Both the position numbers and the translations under genes were made by a program. Positions 1 to 9,550 of a stretch of DNA of 64,000 bases are shown here, piece after piece. The notes under the pieces are model-generated. The model saw only the letters and a list, made by a program, of their open reading frames with translations, was not told where the DNA came from and ran no database searches. Origin of the DNA: an uncultured bacterium (GTDB taxonomy: Bacteria; Zixibacteria; MSB-5A5; UBA10806); contig CBEUCH010000002.1 of assembly GCA_965541585.1 (NCBI GenBank), positions 64,001-128,000 on the forward strand. Direction: 5' to 3'. Every line of letters starts with the position of its first letter. Within the stretch, counting starts at the first letter, position 1.

Positions 1-1190
1 TACAGGGCGAGGTGCTCAAATCGAAGGCCTGCATGTTGATTTCTTCAGCTATTCCGGATCAGAGGTGCCCGTTCTATGACGAATTGAAATGCGAGGGGGA
101 CGTTCCCTGTGGTCTGCATATTATCGGCACCGACCTGCACGAATCGAGGCGTATCGACCGTCAGTTGCGAGGCCGTGCCGCCCGCCAGGGGGATCCCGGA
201 GCATCGATATTCTATATCTCGTTGGAAGACGATATGATGCGGATTTTCGGCGGCGGCCGGATCGAAAAGGTCATGGATACGCTCGGCTGGAAAGAGGGCG
301 AATCAATCAACCACCGGATGGTAACAAAAGCTATCGAACGAGCCAGGAAACAGGTGGAATATAACAATTTCTCCATCAGAAAAAACCTGCTCGAGTATGA
401 TAACGTCATGAACGCCCAGCGTATAGTAATCTACGAACGCCGAAGCGCTATCCTGAGAGGGAAGAATCTCAAGGAAGAATCACTCGAGATGGTCGAGAGT
501 ATAATCGAAGGAAAGGTCTGGGAGTATTGCCCCGAGAAGACTTACGCCGAGGAATGGAACCTGCTGGGATTGCGGGAGGAGCTTCGCAAAATATTTCTTT
601 TGGATATTCATTATCCCGATTCTGAGATCGAAAATCTAAAACAGCATAAATTGATCGAGGATATTACAACCGCTGCAAAGAAGATCTACGATGAAAAGGA
701 GCAGCTGCTTGGCGAGGAGATCATGCGGCGGCTGGAGCGGTTCGCATTTCTCTCGGTTTACGATACCCACTGGAAAGAGCATCTATACGAGATGGATCAT
801 CTCAAGACCGGTATCGGCCTGCGAGCCTACGGTCAGCGCGATCCGGTGATCGAGTATAAAAAGGAGGCCTTCGGCGCCTTCGAGGTGATGATGGGGCGGA
901 TCGACGAAGAAGTGGTGGGGATGATCTACAAGATGAAACCCGCCACCGAACCGACTCGCCTGCCCGCAGGCCAGATGGTTGCCGCCAAGCAATCGGCGGT
1001 CGGGATGGGCGTGCAGGTTGGCGCGGGAGCCCAGGCCGCCGCGGATGATGCCATGGATGGCCCCGTCCGCAAAGCCCAGGACCCCTCGGAAGTCAAACAA
1101 AAGCCTATCCGCGTCACCAAAACCCCCGGCCGCAACTCCCCTTGCCCCTGCGGCTCCGGCAAGAAGTACAAGCACTGCCACGGGCAATAA
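1..1190 (+). CDS. secA: Preprotein translocase ATPase SecA, C-terminal part (5' end lies outside the window)
   Basis: HESRRIDRQLRGR..RQGDPG motif, LLEYDNVMN, GLRAYGQRDP, C-terminal SEC-C motif GRNSPCPCGSGKKYKHCHG; frame open from the window start. Confidence 0.97.
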   Translation, partial: QGEVLKSKACMLISSAIPDQRCPFYDELKCEGDVPCGLHIIGTDLHESRRIDRQLRGRAARQGDPGASIFYISLEDDMMRIFGGGRIEKVMDTLGWKEGESINHRMVTKAIERARKQVEYNNFSIRKNLLEYDNVMNAQRIVIYERRSAILRGKNLKEESLEMVESIIEGKVWEYCPEKTYAEEWNLLGLREELRKIFLLDIHYPDSEIENLKQHKLIEDITTAAKKIYDEKEQLLGEEIMRRLERFAFLSVYDTHWKEHLYEMDHLKTGIGLRAYGQRDPVIEYKKEAFGAFEVMMGRIDEEVVGMIYKMKPATEPTRLPAGQMVAAKQSAVGMGVQVGAGAQAAADDAMDGPVRKAQDPSEVKQKPIRVTKTPGRNSPCPCGSGKKYKHCHGQ

Positions 1191-1296
1191 TTGGGGAAAT
1201 GTATTGAGTTTTTAAATTAAATCTTAAATATTATATTCGTACTTGTTCGGATACATTTTGAGATGCTAATAGCAAATAGAAAGATCCTCTAATATT

Positions 1297-1548
1297 ATGG
1301 ATCAACATAAACAAGAATTAGTAAGAATACTTAATAGGAGGCTGGCAGAGTCTGCCAAGTTTTGGTACCAGTGTATTGACGAGTATCAGGATATCAACGA
1401 GTTTCTATCATCGCTGAACGCTCTTATACAATCTCTTAGAAATATAACTTTTGTAATTCAAAAGCATAAAAAAGATATACCGCATTTTGAGGATTGGTAT
1501 TCTGCGAAACAGCAAGTAGGTCGGGTTCCGAAGAAACCCGACAACTAA
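1297..1548 (+). pseudogene. Probable truncated AT-rich hypothetical gene; its 3' end is replaced by a REP-like palindrome
   Basis: 83 aa with a helical LNALIQSLRNITFVIQK...FEDWY segment that resembles the N-terminus of longer proteins; the last residues (VGRVPKKPDN) are encoded by the GTAG palindrome at 1516-1542. Confidence 0.5.
1516..1542 (+). repeat. GTAG-type REP-like palindrome
   Basis: GTAG followed by GTCGGGTT-ccgaaga-AACCCGAC. Confidence 0.7.
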
Positions 1549-1558
1549 GCTAAGCCAA

Positions 1559-2095
1559 ATGCGAAGAAGCTCGGAATTGAATTTATTGAGAATTACTTCA
1601 ACAATATTCGTATTTTTGATTTTATCATATGCCGGGTGCAGGAATACTGATGAAGCCAGCAGGCATTACGATATAAAGGGTGGATTTTCCTATGTGCCGC
1701 CGGAAGGATGGGAAACATTCCAACCTCCCGAAGGTTTGATTTTACACGTCTTCTACGGGAAAAGAGTAGGCGACTTCACTCCCAGTATTACTGTAACTTA
1801 TGAGAAATATCCCGGCTCGCTGGAATCCATGGTTGATTATTATATCGAAACAATGCGCGGTCTTTTAAACGGATTCAATTTTCTTGAACGAGTGCAGTTT
1901 GTCACAGGTGATAAATTGCGCGGCATCAAATTAGCTGTAGATGTTATGCCTGACCAGAGATTCGAGAGACAATATTTATACTTTTTTGAAGGAGACGTGA
2001 AAAAGTACACTGTGATCTGTTCGGCTCTGCCCGAGAATGCCGAGGTTTTCGAGCCACTTTATGATGCAACTGTTAAGACATTCAAGATTGAATAA
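1559..2095 (+). CDS. Putative lipoprotein, PsbP/DcrB-like fold
   Basis: Hydrophobic N-terminus with lipobox-like YAGC; GFSYVPPEGW start and FEPLYDATVKTFKIE end, typical of the PsbP/Mog1p-like fold. Confidence 0.6.
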   Translation: MRRSSELNLLRITSTIFVFLILSYAGCRNTDEASRHYDIKGGFSYVPPEGWETFQPPEGLILHVFYGKRVGDFTPSITVTYEKYPGSLESMVDYYIETMRGLLNGFNFLERVQFVTGDKLRGIKLAVDVMPDQRFERQYLYFFEGDVKKYTVICSALPENAEVFEPLYDATVKTFKIE

Positions 2096-2109
2096 TTAGG
2101 TTTCCCTCT

Positions 2110-2414
2110 GGACAGAACGATCTTCTGTCCCTACATTATCACCGCCTTATTTGTAGGGGTCGAACATTGTTCGACCCAACAAGGGCTCGTTTTTCATATT
2201 GACGAATCTCGATCTTCGCGCGGGCGCCCCACCCGACAGCTTCTAGATAGATTGAAATCGTCAGGCTAATACCGCCCCCAAACCAGTTTGGGGACGCCAC
2301 CCGAAAACAGGTATCTGCCGTGTGGCAATCCCAAACTTGTTTGGGATTGAATGAACATAAAGATTTTGACCTACAAAACACCGCGTTTTTCATATTGACG
2401 AATCTCGATCTTCG
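2110..2414. repeat. Cluster of REP-like palindromes with a 31-bp direct repeat
   Basis: GGACAGAA..TTCTGTCC-CTAC (2110-2134); GTAG-GGGTCGAAC-att-GTTCGACCC (2153-2177); two CCCAAAC-nnn-GTTTGGG palindromes (about 2276-2294 and 2328-2347); identical 31-mers at 2188-2218 and 2384-2414. Confidence 0.8.
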
Positions 2415-2434
2415 GTTATCTTTATTATAGAGCC

Positions 2435-4228
2435 ATGATAAAATATCTGTTGCTGTTTTTGCTTCTCTGGGGGCAGGCCCTGGCCCAGATTTCCCCCGAG
2501 GATTTCATTGCCGATTTCGAATCCGGTAATATCCACAACGTGCAGCAGGTCGGTGTTGACAGTTTCAGCTTCGAGATCAGGCTCGATGATAACCACGGCG
2601 ACACTTATGGCTGGTATTATTTCGCCATCGCCGGTAACCGCGGGCGCACGGCCACATTATTTCTCACCAATCCCGATGGCTGGCAGAATTCCAATTGCAA
2701 TCCTGTTGTCTCGCCCGACAATATCAATTGGGGCAGGGTTCAGAACGTCTGGGGTCAGAGCGGCTGGCTATGTTTCCGGCAGTATCTCGTAGCCGACACC
2801 ATCTGGTTCGCCCAGGATTTTCCATTTACTGTCAGCCGGATGGATGCATATCTGGATAGTATCGAAGCATCTCCCCATCTGATGCGACAAACACTGGGAT
2901 ATTCTGTCCACAACAGATCGATCGATATGATTACAATCACCGATGATTTTTATCCTGCCGAATATAAGAAGACCGCCTATCTAATATCGCGGCAGCATCC
3001 CATGGAATCGCCACCGACATTTATTTTGACCGGCCTGATCGACATGGTTCTCGATGAGACTGATTTCGCCGGTTATTTTCGCAGGGATATAATGCTTAAG
3101 GTGGTTCCCATACTGAACGTCGACGGTGTGGCCGAGGGATATTCGCGGCACAATGTCAACGGTATCAACCTGAATCGCAACTGGCAGCCCGATATCGAAA
3201 ACGAACAGCCTGCGGTCAAGGCGGTGCATCGGGATATCGATGATTATGTATCAGCGGGTAACAGAATCGATCTTTTCATGGATCTTCACGCCGCCCCCGA
3301 TTTCAGCGATTTCGGCTTCAGGATGTCTGAGGTTTATACCAGCCCCGCCTACTACGAGAACCAGGAGACGTTTCTGCATCTTCTGGAGACGTACGATCCC
3401 TGGCAGGATCGCTCGCGCTGGAGGGATCTCGATACCTCATATGCTTACGGCGTCTCCTGTGTAATCATGTTCGATATGTACGATCTTGACGCTTTAACGA
3501 CTGAAAACCCCTGGACCCGTCGCAATAACAATAGCTTTATAACCATTCAATCGCTTTATAATCAGGGGCCGGCCCTGGCCGAGACGATTTATGATTATCT
3601 TTACCCCTTAACCGTATATGACGAATACGAGACGCGCATTGATTCTATCACGCCGGGTCAGCCGTTTGTGCCGATGGTGCGGGATTTCGACCGTCGAAGC
3701 GAGGCTTATCTTGAGATTACCGCTCACTGCTATGAATCGGCGGACTCCGAGCTTGTTACCCTGTACAGGGAAAACTATGATGGCGAATATCTGCCCCTCT
3801 CTCCGGTACCGACCGATGATCTTGACGCTGTACCCGGCGATGGAATTATATCTCTCATCGCAGGTGGAGAGCTGAGAGTCGTATATCAACAGCCGGAGAT
3901 GCCCGACAGGACATGCGAACGAATCCTTGCCGTGGAGCAGCCCAGCGGAATATATGATAGCGATATAACGCTTCCGCAGTTGGCATTGAGAGCTTATCCC
4001 AATCCCTTTAATTCCTCCTGCAGGATCTCGGTTGACGGTGCCGATATTTCAACCATGGAGATCTTCGATGTGGCTGGCAGGATGGTGAATCGATTATCTA
4101 TTAATGACGGCCATGCGATCTGGGATGGACGAGCGTCTGACGAACGACCGCTTGCATCGGGTATCTATTTTGCTCGTCTGAAAACCGCCAGGCGTTCAGA
4201 GAGTATTAAGATCGTTCTATTGAGATGA
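2435..4228 (+). CDS. Secreted M14 zinc carboxypeptidase with a C-terminal secretion/FlgD-like domain
   Basis: Signal peptide; FESGN N-terminal domain, RQHPME (HxxE), NLNRNW and DLH motifs; C-terminal YPNPFN...SGIYFARL. Confidence 0.85.
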   Translation: MIKYLLLFLLLWGQALAQISPEDFIADFESGNIHNVQQVGVDSFSFEIRLDDNHGDTYGWYYFAIAGNRGRTATLFLTNPDGWQNSNCNPVVSPDNINWGRVQNVWGQSGWLCFRQYLVADTIWFAQDFPFTVSRMDAYLDSIEASPHLMRQTLGYSVHNRSIDMITITDDFYPAEYKKTAYLISRQHPMESPPTFILTGLIDMVLDETDFAGYFRRDIMLKVVPILNVDGVAEGYSRHNVNGINLNRNWQPDIENEQPAVKAVHRDIDDYVSAGNRIDLFMDLHAAPDFSDFGFRMSEVYTSPAYYENQETFLHLLETYDPWQDRSRWRDLDTSYAYGVSCVIMFDMYDLDALTTENPWTRRNNNSFITIQSLYNQGPALAETIYDYLYPLTVYDEYETRIDSITPGQPFVPMVRDFDRRSEAYLEITAHCYESADSELVTLYRENYDGEYLPLSPVPTDDLDAVPGDGIISLIAGGELRVVYQQPEMPDRTCERILAVEQPSGIYDSDITLPQLALRAYPNPFNSSCRISVDGADISTMEIFDVAGRMVNRLSINDGHAIWDGRASDERPLASGIYFARLKTARRSESIKIVLLR

Positions 4229-4259
4229 TTTTCTGGATTATAGATAACTACAACCGTAT

Positions 4260-4320
4260 GTCATTCCCAATCCTACAGATCCGTAGGACTTGATTGGGAA
4301 TTCCTACCGATCCGTAGGAC
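4260..4320. repeat. ATTCCC/GGGAAT palindrome carrying CCTACnGATCCGTAGGA mini-palindromes
   Basis: tcattcccaatc...gattgggaat inverted repeat; TCCTACAGATCCGTAGGAC at 4271-4289 and TCCTACCGATCCGTAGGAC at 4302-4320. Confidence 0.7.
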
Positions 4321-4450
4321 CTGACGCCGATAAAGGATATTAGCACCGATCAAATTGCTTGACTAGATTGGCCCTGACCATTATCTTAGGTTTATACAAA
4401 TATCATTAGAATTGTGAAAGTTGTTTTCCGAGTTGGCTAAGGGAAGATAG

Positions 4451-7198
4451 ATGGCAATTCAATTAGAACGCCGTATCCCACAAGGAGTAGAGAAATTAAG
4501 TACGCTTGCGGGGCACAAAGATGAAATAAGTGGGTTAGTGTGGTCTCCCCATGAGCGCGCTTTAGCGTCTCAATCACGAGATAATCACGTGATTATCTGG
4601 AAGGACGCCTCAAGTAATGATACGGCTACTGAGGACTACTATCAGGCAACATTACCCGTCTGGAGTAGACGAGAGTATGGACTGTTGGTTCATGACAGTA
4701 AGGAGAAAAGACTATATCGTGTTCATCCCTTCGCGTCTACTAGAGTCACCCTGTTGAGCAATCGGGATCTCTATTCGGAAAAGATATGGTGCGGGATAAA
4801 GCATATTGCGGTTGAGCTTGCCGAAACCAAGATTAGCTTAATTGATATAGAAAAGAAAACAATCGACGACGTTAGGCATTCATTCTCTAATATCCACCAA
4901 TGTGAGTTTTCACCAGATTCGAGCACTATGCTTGTCAGTTCATATGAGGGTGAATTTGAGTTATACTATACATCCAGTCGGTCCAAGATTCGAACGAGAC
5001 GCTCTCGTTTGCAGCAGGGATTAAAGGGCACTTGGAGGCCCGATGGCGAACAGATAGCTACCGATTGGGATGAGGGATCTATTCAAATCTGGGATAGCGA
5101 ACTTAAAAACGAAGTTGTGAATCTCCTGCAAACTGGATCACCGAAGAAGTCGTTCTCCTTTTCGCCGGACGGTCGTTTATTTTTAATCCATAGTAATGAT
5201 AAGAAAATACATTTTCTTGAATCCAGTAGCTGGAGAGAGAAAGCATTGATGGACATTTCAAGCGCTGGAAACGCTGTTATTCCCGTGGCCTGGCATCCAA
5301 CAGAATCGCTCTTTGCATCGATTTCCGAAGACAATTCCGAAATTGATATCTGGGAATATGATGCAGAAACGATCTTAAAGAGTGCTCCTCAGCGAGAAGA
5401 TGCGGAAATAGATTCAACACAAAAAATCGCGAAAAAGTCCCGGAAACTCACGACCAAGAAGAAAGCGATGAAGAAAACAGCTAAAAGGAAGAAAGCGACG
5501 AAGAAAACGACTAAAAGGAAAACGAAAAAGAAGGTATCCGCTCCAACGGCTGGCTCGATAAGTTTTAGAGTAAAACCAGCCGCCGTCCAACTTGCAATAA
5601 AGGCGATTTCTGACAAGCCCATAGATGACCAAGCTAAGGATCTTTTGAATTATAATGTTTACGCGAAGGCCCTTGCGGATTTCATTATGTTAAGGAAAAC
5701 CAATACTCCCCTTACGCTTGCGATTGACGCCCCCTGGGGTAAGGGTAAAAGTTCAATAATGAAGTTAATGAAGAATGAGGTTAAAGAATATGGCCTTATC
5801 CCTATCTGGTTTAACGCCTGGCGGTATGAAAAAGCCGAAAACCTCTGGGCGGCGCTGGCTCAAAAGCTGCTGAATACTGTACAAGAAAAGTGGAGATGGC
5901 GTCGTCGTATTTTCTTTGGTCTTGCCCTTTATTGGCGCCGATTTAAGGAGGAACATACTGATTTAGGAATTTCCATGAAAATTCTAAAGGGGTTATTCTT
6001 TTTAGTAAAGTCTATAATAAAGGGACCTATTAGTACGATAAAATTATCCAACCTAAGATTAAGGGAATTTCTTTTTGACCCCAATTATAAAGAGAGAGCT
6101 GGGTTCATTGATATATTTCATAATGATTTTGAGAGAATTGTGAATTTGATAAGAGATTTAGAAGCTAAACGAAAGAGGTCCAAGGCAGAATTACCTGAGG
6201 GCTTTAAAAAAGCGGATCAAGGGAGACTCGTAATTTTCATCGATGATCTTGATCGTTGCCCGCCTCCAAAACCAGTAGAAATCATAGAGGCCATAAATGT
6301 CATTCTCAATTTTGAACATTGTGTGTTCGTTCTGGGGATGGATCTGGATATGATCTGTGCGTCAATAGAAACCAAATATGATTCTTTATTGGAATATCTA
6401 CGGGATAAGAGCGAAGGATGCGATCCGAGATTGGGACAGCGTTTCATGGAGAAAATCGTGGAGGTGAATTTCAGGATACCAGAAATAGCCGAAGGCGATC
6501 TGAAAAACCTTTATAGCTCCTTTTTCGTCCAGGGTAAGAAATCCGAAATTGATCGGGATGAACCAGCTGAATCTGCACCCAGAGAACAGACTATTGAAGA
6601 ACGGCATATACCTCGCCCTGATTTCCACCGGCAAGTGAAACAGATCTATGCAGATAGCAAAGATGAAATTGAAGATCCTGGACGAATATCAGAATGGGCT
6701 GATAAATATAGGAAGATAAATCCCGATGTTGATCCTACGATTGTTTCTGAAGTAAAACGTCATATGGTTGGCCATAGCTTTAACATAGATAGCCCCGAGG
6801 TACAAGAAGCAGTTGAATTGGTGGCCGGCCAGATGGATCCCAATCCTAGAAAAATTAAACGTTTCATCAATATTTTTAGATTGAGAACGACAGTTGCGGT
6901 AATGATGGGGAGGCTTGATGAGACTATAACTCTGAATCATCTGGCCCAATGGACTTTTCTATACATGGATTGGCCGGAGTTGGCCAAAACTGCTCTGGAC
7001 AGCCCATTAGTATTAATGAACTTAATTGACAAATCAAAAAAGGTATCCAGAAACAAAACTAGAAAAGCCAATATTCACAGTGATGACGATTTGTTAAAGA
7101 AGATAGAAAAATGGCGCAAGGATTCTGATCTTATGAAATTTTTGAAAAGCCTTGAAGGTTTCTCCGAAGAAATAATAGAAAAATTGAAAAGTCTTTAA
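4451..7198 (+). CDS. WD40 repeat protein fused to a KAP-family P-loop NTPase through a lysine-rich linker
   Basis: WD40-like repeats (GHKDEISGLVWSP, WRPDG, FSPDG, WHP); Walker A DAPWGKGKSS, WFNAWRY, Walker B VIFIDDLDRC, FMEKIV and NPRKIKRFIN, all typical of KAP NTPases. Confidence 0.85.
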   Translation: MAIQLERRIPQGVEKLSTLAGHKDEISGLVWSPHERALASQSRDNHVIIWKDASSNDTATEDYYQATLPVWSRREYGLLVHDSKEKRLYRVHPFASTRVTLLSNRDLYSEKIWCGIKHIAVELAETKISLIDIEKKTIDDVRHSFSNIHQCEFSPDSSTMLVSSYEGEFELYYTSSRSKIRTRRSRLQQGLKGTWRPDGEQIATDWDEGSIQIWDSELKNEVVNLLQTGSPKKSFSFSPDGRLFLIHSNDKKIHFLESSSWREKALMDISSAGNAVIPVAWHPTESLFASISEDNSEIDIWEYDAETILKSAPQREDAEIDSTQKIAKKSRKLTTKKKAMKKTAKRKKATKKTTKRKTKKKVSAPTAGSISFRVKPAAVQLAIKAISDKPIDDQAKDLLNYNVYAKALADFIMLRKTNTPLTLAIDAPWGKGKSSIMKLMKNEVKEYGLIPIWFNAWRYEKAENLWAALAQKLLNTVQEKWRWRRRIFFGLALYWRRFKEEHTDLGISMKILKGLFFLVKSIIKGPISTIKLSNLRLREFLFDPNYKERAGFIDIFHNDFERIVNLIRDLEAKRKRSKAELPEGFKKADQGRLVIFIDDLDRCPPPKPVEIIEAINVILNFEHCVFVLGMDLDMICASIETKYDSLLEYLRDKSEGCDPRLGQRFMEKIVEVNFRIPEIAEGDLKNLYSSFFVQGKKSEIDRDEPAESAPREQTIEERHIPRPDFHRQVKQIYADSKDEIEDPGRISEWADKYRKINPDVDPTIVSEVKRHMVGHSFNIDSPEVQEAVELVAGQMDPNPRKIKRFINIFRLRTTVAVMMGRLDETITLNHLAQWTFLYMDWPELAKTALDSPLVLMNLIDKSKKVSRNKTRKANIHSDDDLLKKIEKWRKDSDLMKFLKSLEGFSEEIIEKLKSL

Positions 7199-7201
7199 AT
7201 C

Positions 7202-9538
7202 TTACATCCTGAACAGATACTGAAACTTCATAAAGAATTGGCGTGATGCAAGAGTGAGGTTATCGGATTCGTCGACGTCGCGATAATCATAAGTGGAACC
7301 GATATAGAATATCGTAAAGGGGTTCAGCTCGTAGCTCAAAAGCGGTTCTAAATCGAGCCTCTGGCTGAACTCGTTATACTGAATTATCAAACGCAGAAGC
7401 AGCTCCCGGGTGAATTGATAATTTATACGGGAGCGGTAGATATATCCGCTGAATAACTCCTCGCCGGTATCCTGCCTTTTTAGCTGAGAAAAGCGGTAGC
7501 TCTGCTGGATCTTAACATTGGGGAGCAATTTGACATCCACCCAGGCTGTGTAGTTGAGGCCGTCACCCAGAACGGGAGGGTCCTCGTTACGCGCTATCAA
7601 TGAACCAACGCTGATAAAAAAGCCCGCCTGCACCGGTTCGCTGAAATCGCTGCTTACATTGAATTCGAATATGTTCCTACCCGGAAGTGCCACTTCTCTG
7701 AAAACCTCCCGGGTGTAAATATGTTCGAAATTGACCCAGGTTTGCGCTTTTAATAGCAGGCTGACATAGGAAACCAGCCAGCTGTCTTTATATTTACTTC
7801 TGGTATTCCATACGCGCCCGTATACAAACCCTGGTTCAATTTTGTCTATGATTTTGCTTTCGGGATAAAAGTTGAGACCAGTCCAGAATTCGGCCTCCCT
7901 GTGATCGTTTCTGGTGATAAATCCGTTGTCGGCTCTGAACGTCGGACTTTCCTCACGGTAATCGCACTGGAAGTTCCAGGTTCTTCCACGGCGTTCAAAG
8001 CCGGTGTAGAGAGCATGCCCTCCGAAAGATTCACCGTCATACGATACGGTATGCTTGCCGCCGTCGAAATAGATTTGCTCGATATCCGCCGTCAGCGATG
8101 AATCGTCCGGCTCCTCCGAATATGACCCCACAACCTGTGCCTCCAATCGATACTTTTCCCTAAAACGCAAATTACCGTCGACACCGAAAACGGTATTGTT
8201 TCCGCCACCCTCAAATCGTCTGTCGGTAAGAAGGGCACCGATATTCGAACTGCCGCCAAAAGTCTGTTTGAACCGCAGTATATTCGAGTAGCTTTCGCCG
8301 CCGGCGACAAACCCGCTTCGCTCCTCAAGCGGTATGATTATGGGCGAGTCCTTGTCGTGCGCACTCATATAGGCGATATTGATGCTTCCCTTACGACCGA
8401 TCAGTTTGGCTGCCACGGTGGGATTGTTTATGGCACGGGTGTAAACAGCATCGATGAAGGTCTGAAACAGATCGCCGCCCTCCTGGAAAAACGGCCTTTT
8501 TTCGGGGTAGAACAATGCAAATGTTTCGTTAACATCGATCTGCGTCACGTCCGACTCCACCTGGCTGAAATCGGGATTGAGAGTCGCCTCAATCGATGTA
8601 CCGGTGGAGATATCGTAACGCAAACCCATCGAGACTTCGCCATCGACGTCTTTATTTTCGATACCGGAGTTACGGTCATCCGTATCCCGGATTTCTCCCG
8701 ATTGAAAACCGATTACCGAAGGCAACAACTCAAAACTGCTTCCCGGCTTAACGTTTTCAATGCCGGTTAAGGTGCCGAACTCGCACAGCCAGCAATTGAC
8801 ATCATCGTCGGTAAATGCCCATGAGCTGGTGGCCCGACTTTCCCGGGGACGCGTTCTCCAAAAGGTTGCTTTCCATTCCTGTTTCGGCTTATCGGGGAAT
8901 CTGAGGCTGGCGAACGGCAGGGCTATTTCTACCTGATAGCAGGAATCGGTTACGACTCCTTCCGATTCGAAGATCAGGTCGAAACCGATATCCTCACCCG
9001 CCGAAGTAACCTGTCGCCCGTCGCCCTGAATGCCCAGCGGGTTGACGAAGATTTCATATGCCCAGGCGCCGTCGCCGTAGGTATCGAGTATGAAGCCCAT
9101 GTAATCGTCGGACCAGATCCGGTCGCGGTCGGTCAATGACGAGCGTATGGAACCGGCGTCGCTATCGTAGCAGATGAAGGCGATATAAAGGTGAGAATCG
9201 TCGTAAGTGAGGAGCACCTCTGTTTCGACCGGAGGTTTTTCACCGTTGTCCGGAAACTGCTCGGAAAAATTCGTAGCTCGTGGAACGCCGATCCAACCCG
9301 TATCATCCAACTGGCCATCGATTTCGATTGTGCTTTCGAGCCGGGGGACGTGATACGTCGGCCTAATGTTTGGCTTGAAAGATTCCTCGTTATCCGCTTT
9401 TACGGGAATAACCAGTGCTCCTGTCAGGATGATCGATAAGAGAAAACTCCTTGATGACAATGGATATACTACCACGTTTAAAAATACGAAGCTTAAAAAG
9501 AAAGGTTTCGACGATCCTGTGGTTCTTGACGATTTCAT
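7202..9538 (-). CDS. DUF5916-type outer-membrane protein with an N-terminal CBM9-like domain
   Basis: IDGQLDD..W CBM9-like domain; TLNPDFSQVESD and FYPEKRPFFQEG motifs; beta-barrel-like C-terminus ending KFQYLFRM. Confidence 0.8.
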   Translation of the reverse strand: MKSSRTTGSSKPFFLSFVFLNVVVYPLSSRSFLLSIILTGALVIPVKADNEESFKPNIRPTYHVPRLESTIEIDGQLDDTGWIGVPRATNFSEQFPDNGEKPPVETEVLLTYDDSHLYIAFICYDSDAGSIRSSLTDRDRIWSDDYMGFILDTYGDGAWAYEIFVNPLGIQGDGRQVTSAGEDIGFDLIFESEGVVTDSCYQVEIALPFASLRFPDKPKQEWKATFWRTRPRESRATSSWAFTDDDVNCWLCEFGTLTGIENVKPGSSFELLPSVIGFQSGEIRDTDDRNSGIENKDVDGEVSMGLRYDISTGTSIEATLNPDFSQVESDVTQIDVNETFALFYPEKRPFFQEGGDLFQTFIDAVYTRAINNPTVAAKLIGRKGSINIAYMSAHDKDSPIIIPLEERSGFVAGGESYSNILRFKQTFGGSSNIGALLTDRRFEGGGNNTVFGVDGNLRFREKYRLEAQVVGSYSEEPDDSSLTADIEQIYFDGGKHTVSYDGESFGGHALYTGFERRGRTWNFQCDYREESPTFRADNGFITRNDHREAEFWTGLNFYPESKIIDKIEPGFVYGRVWNTRSKYKDSWLVSYVSLLLKAQTWVNFEHIYTREVFREVALPGRNIFEFNVSSDFSEPVQAGFFISVGSLIARNEDPPVLGDGLNYTAWVDVKLLPNVKIQQSYRFSQLKRQDTGEELFSGYIYRSRINYQFTRELLLRLIIQYNEFSQRLDLEPLLSYELNPFTIFYIGSTYDYRDVDESDNLTLASRQFFMKFQYLFRM

Positions 9539-9550
9539 GCTTAGGTATAG

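Noticed and set aside
2110..2414. CRISPR array
   Set aside because: Only two copies of the 31-bp repeat, 196 bp apart, with no regular repeat-spacer periodicity and no cas genes.
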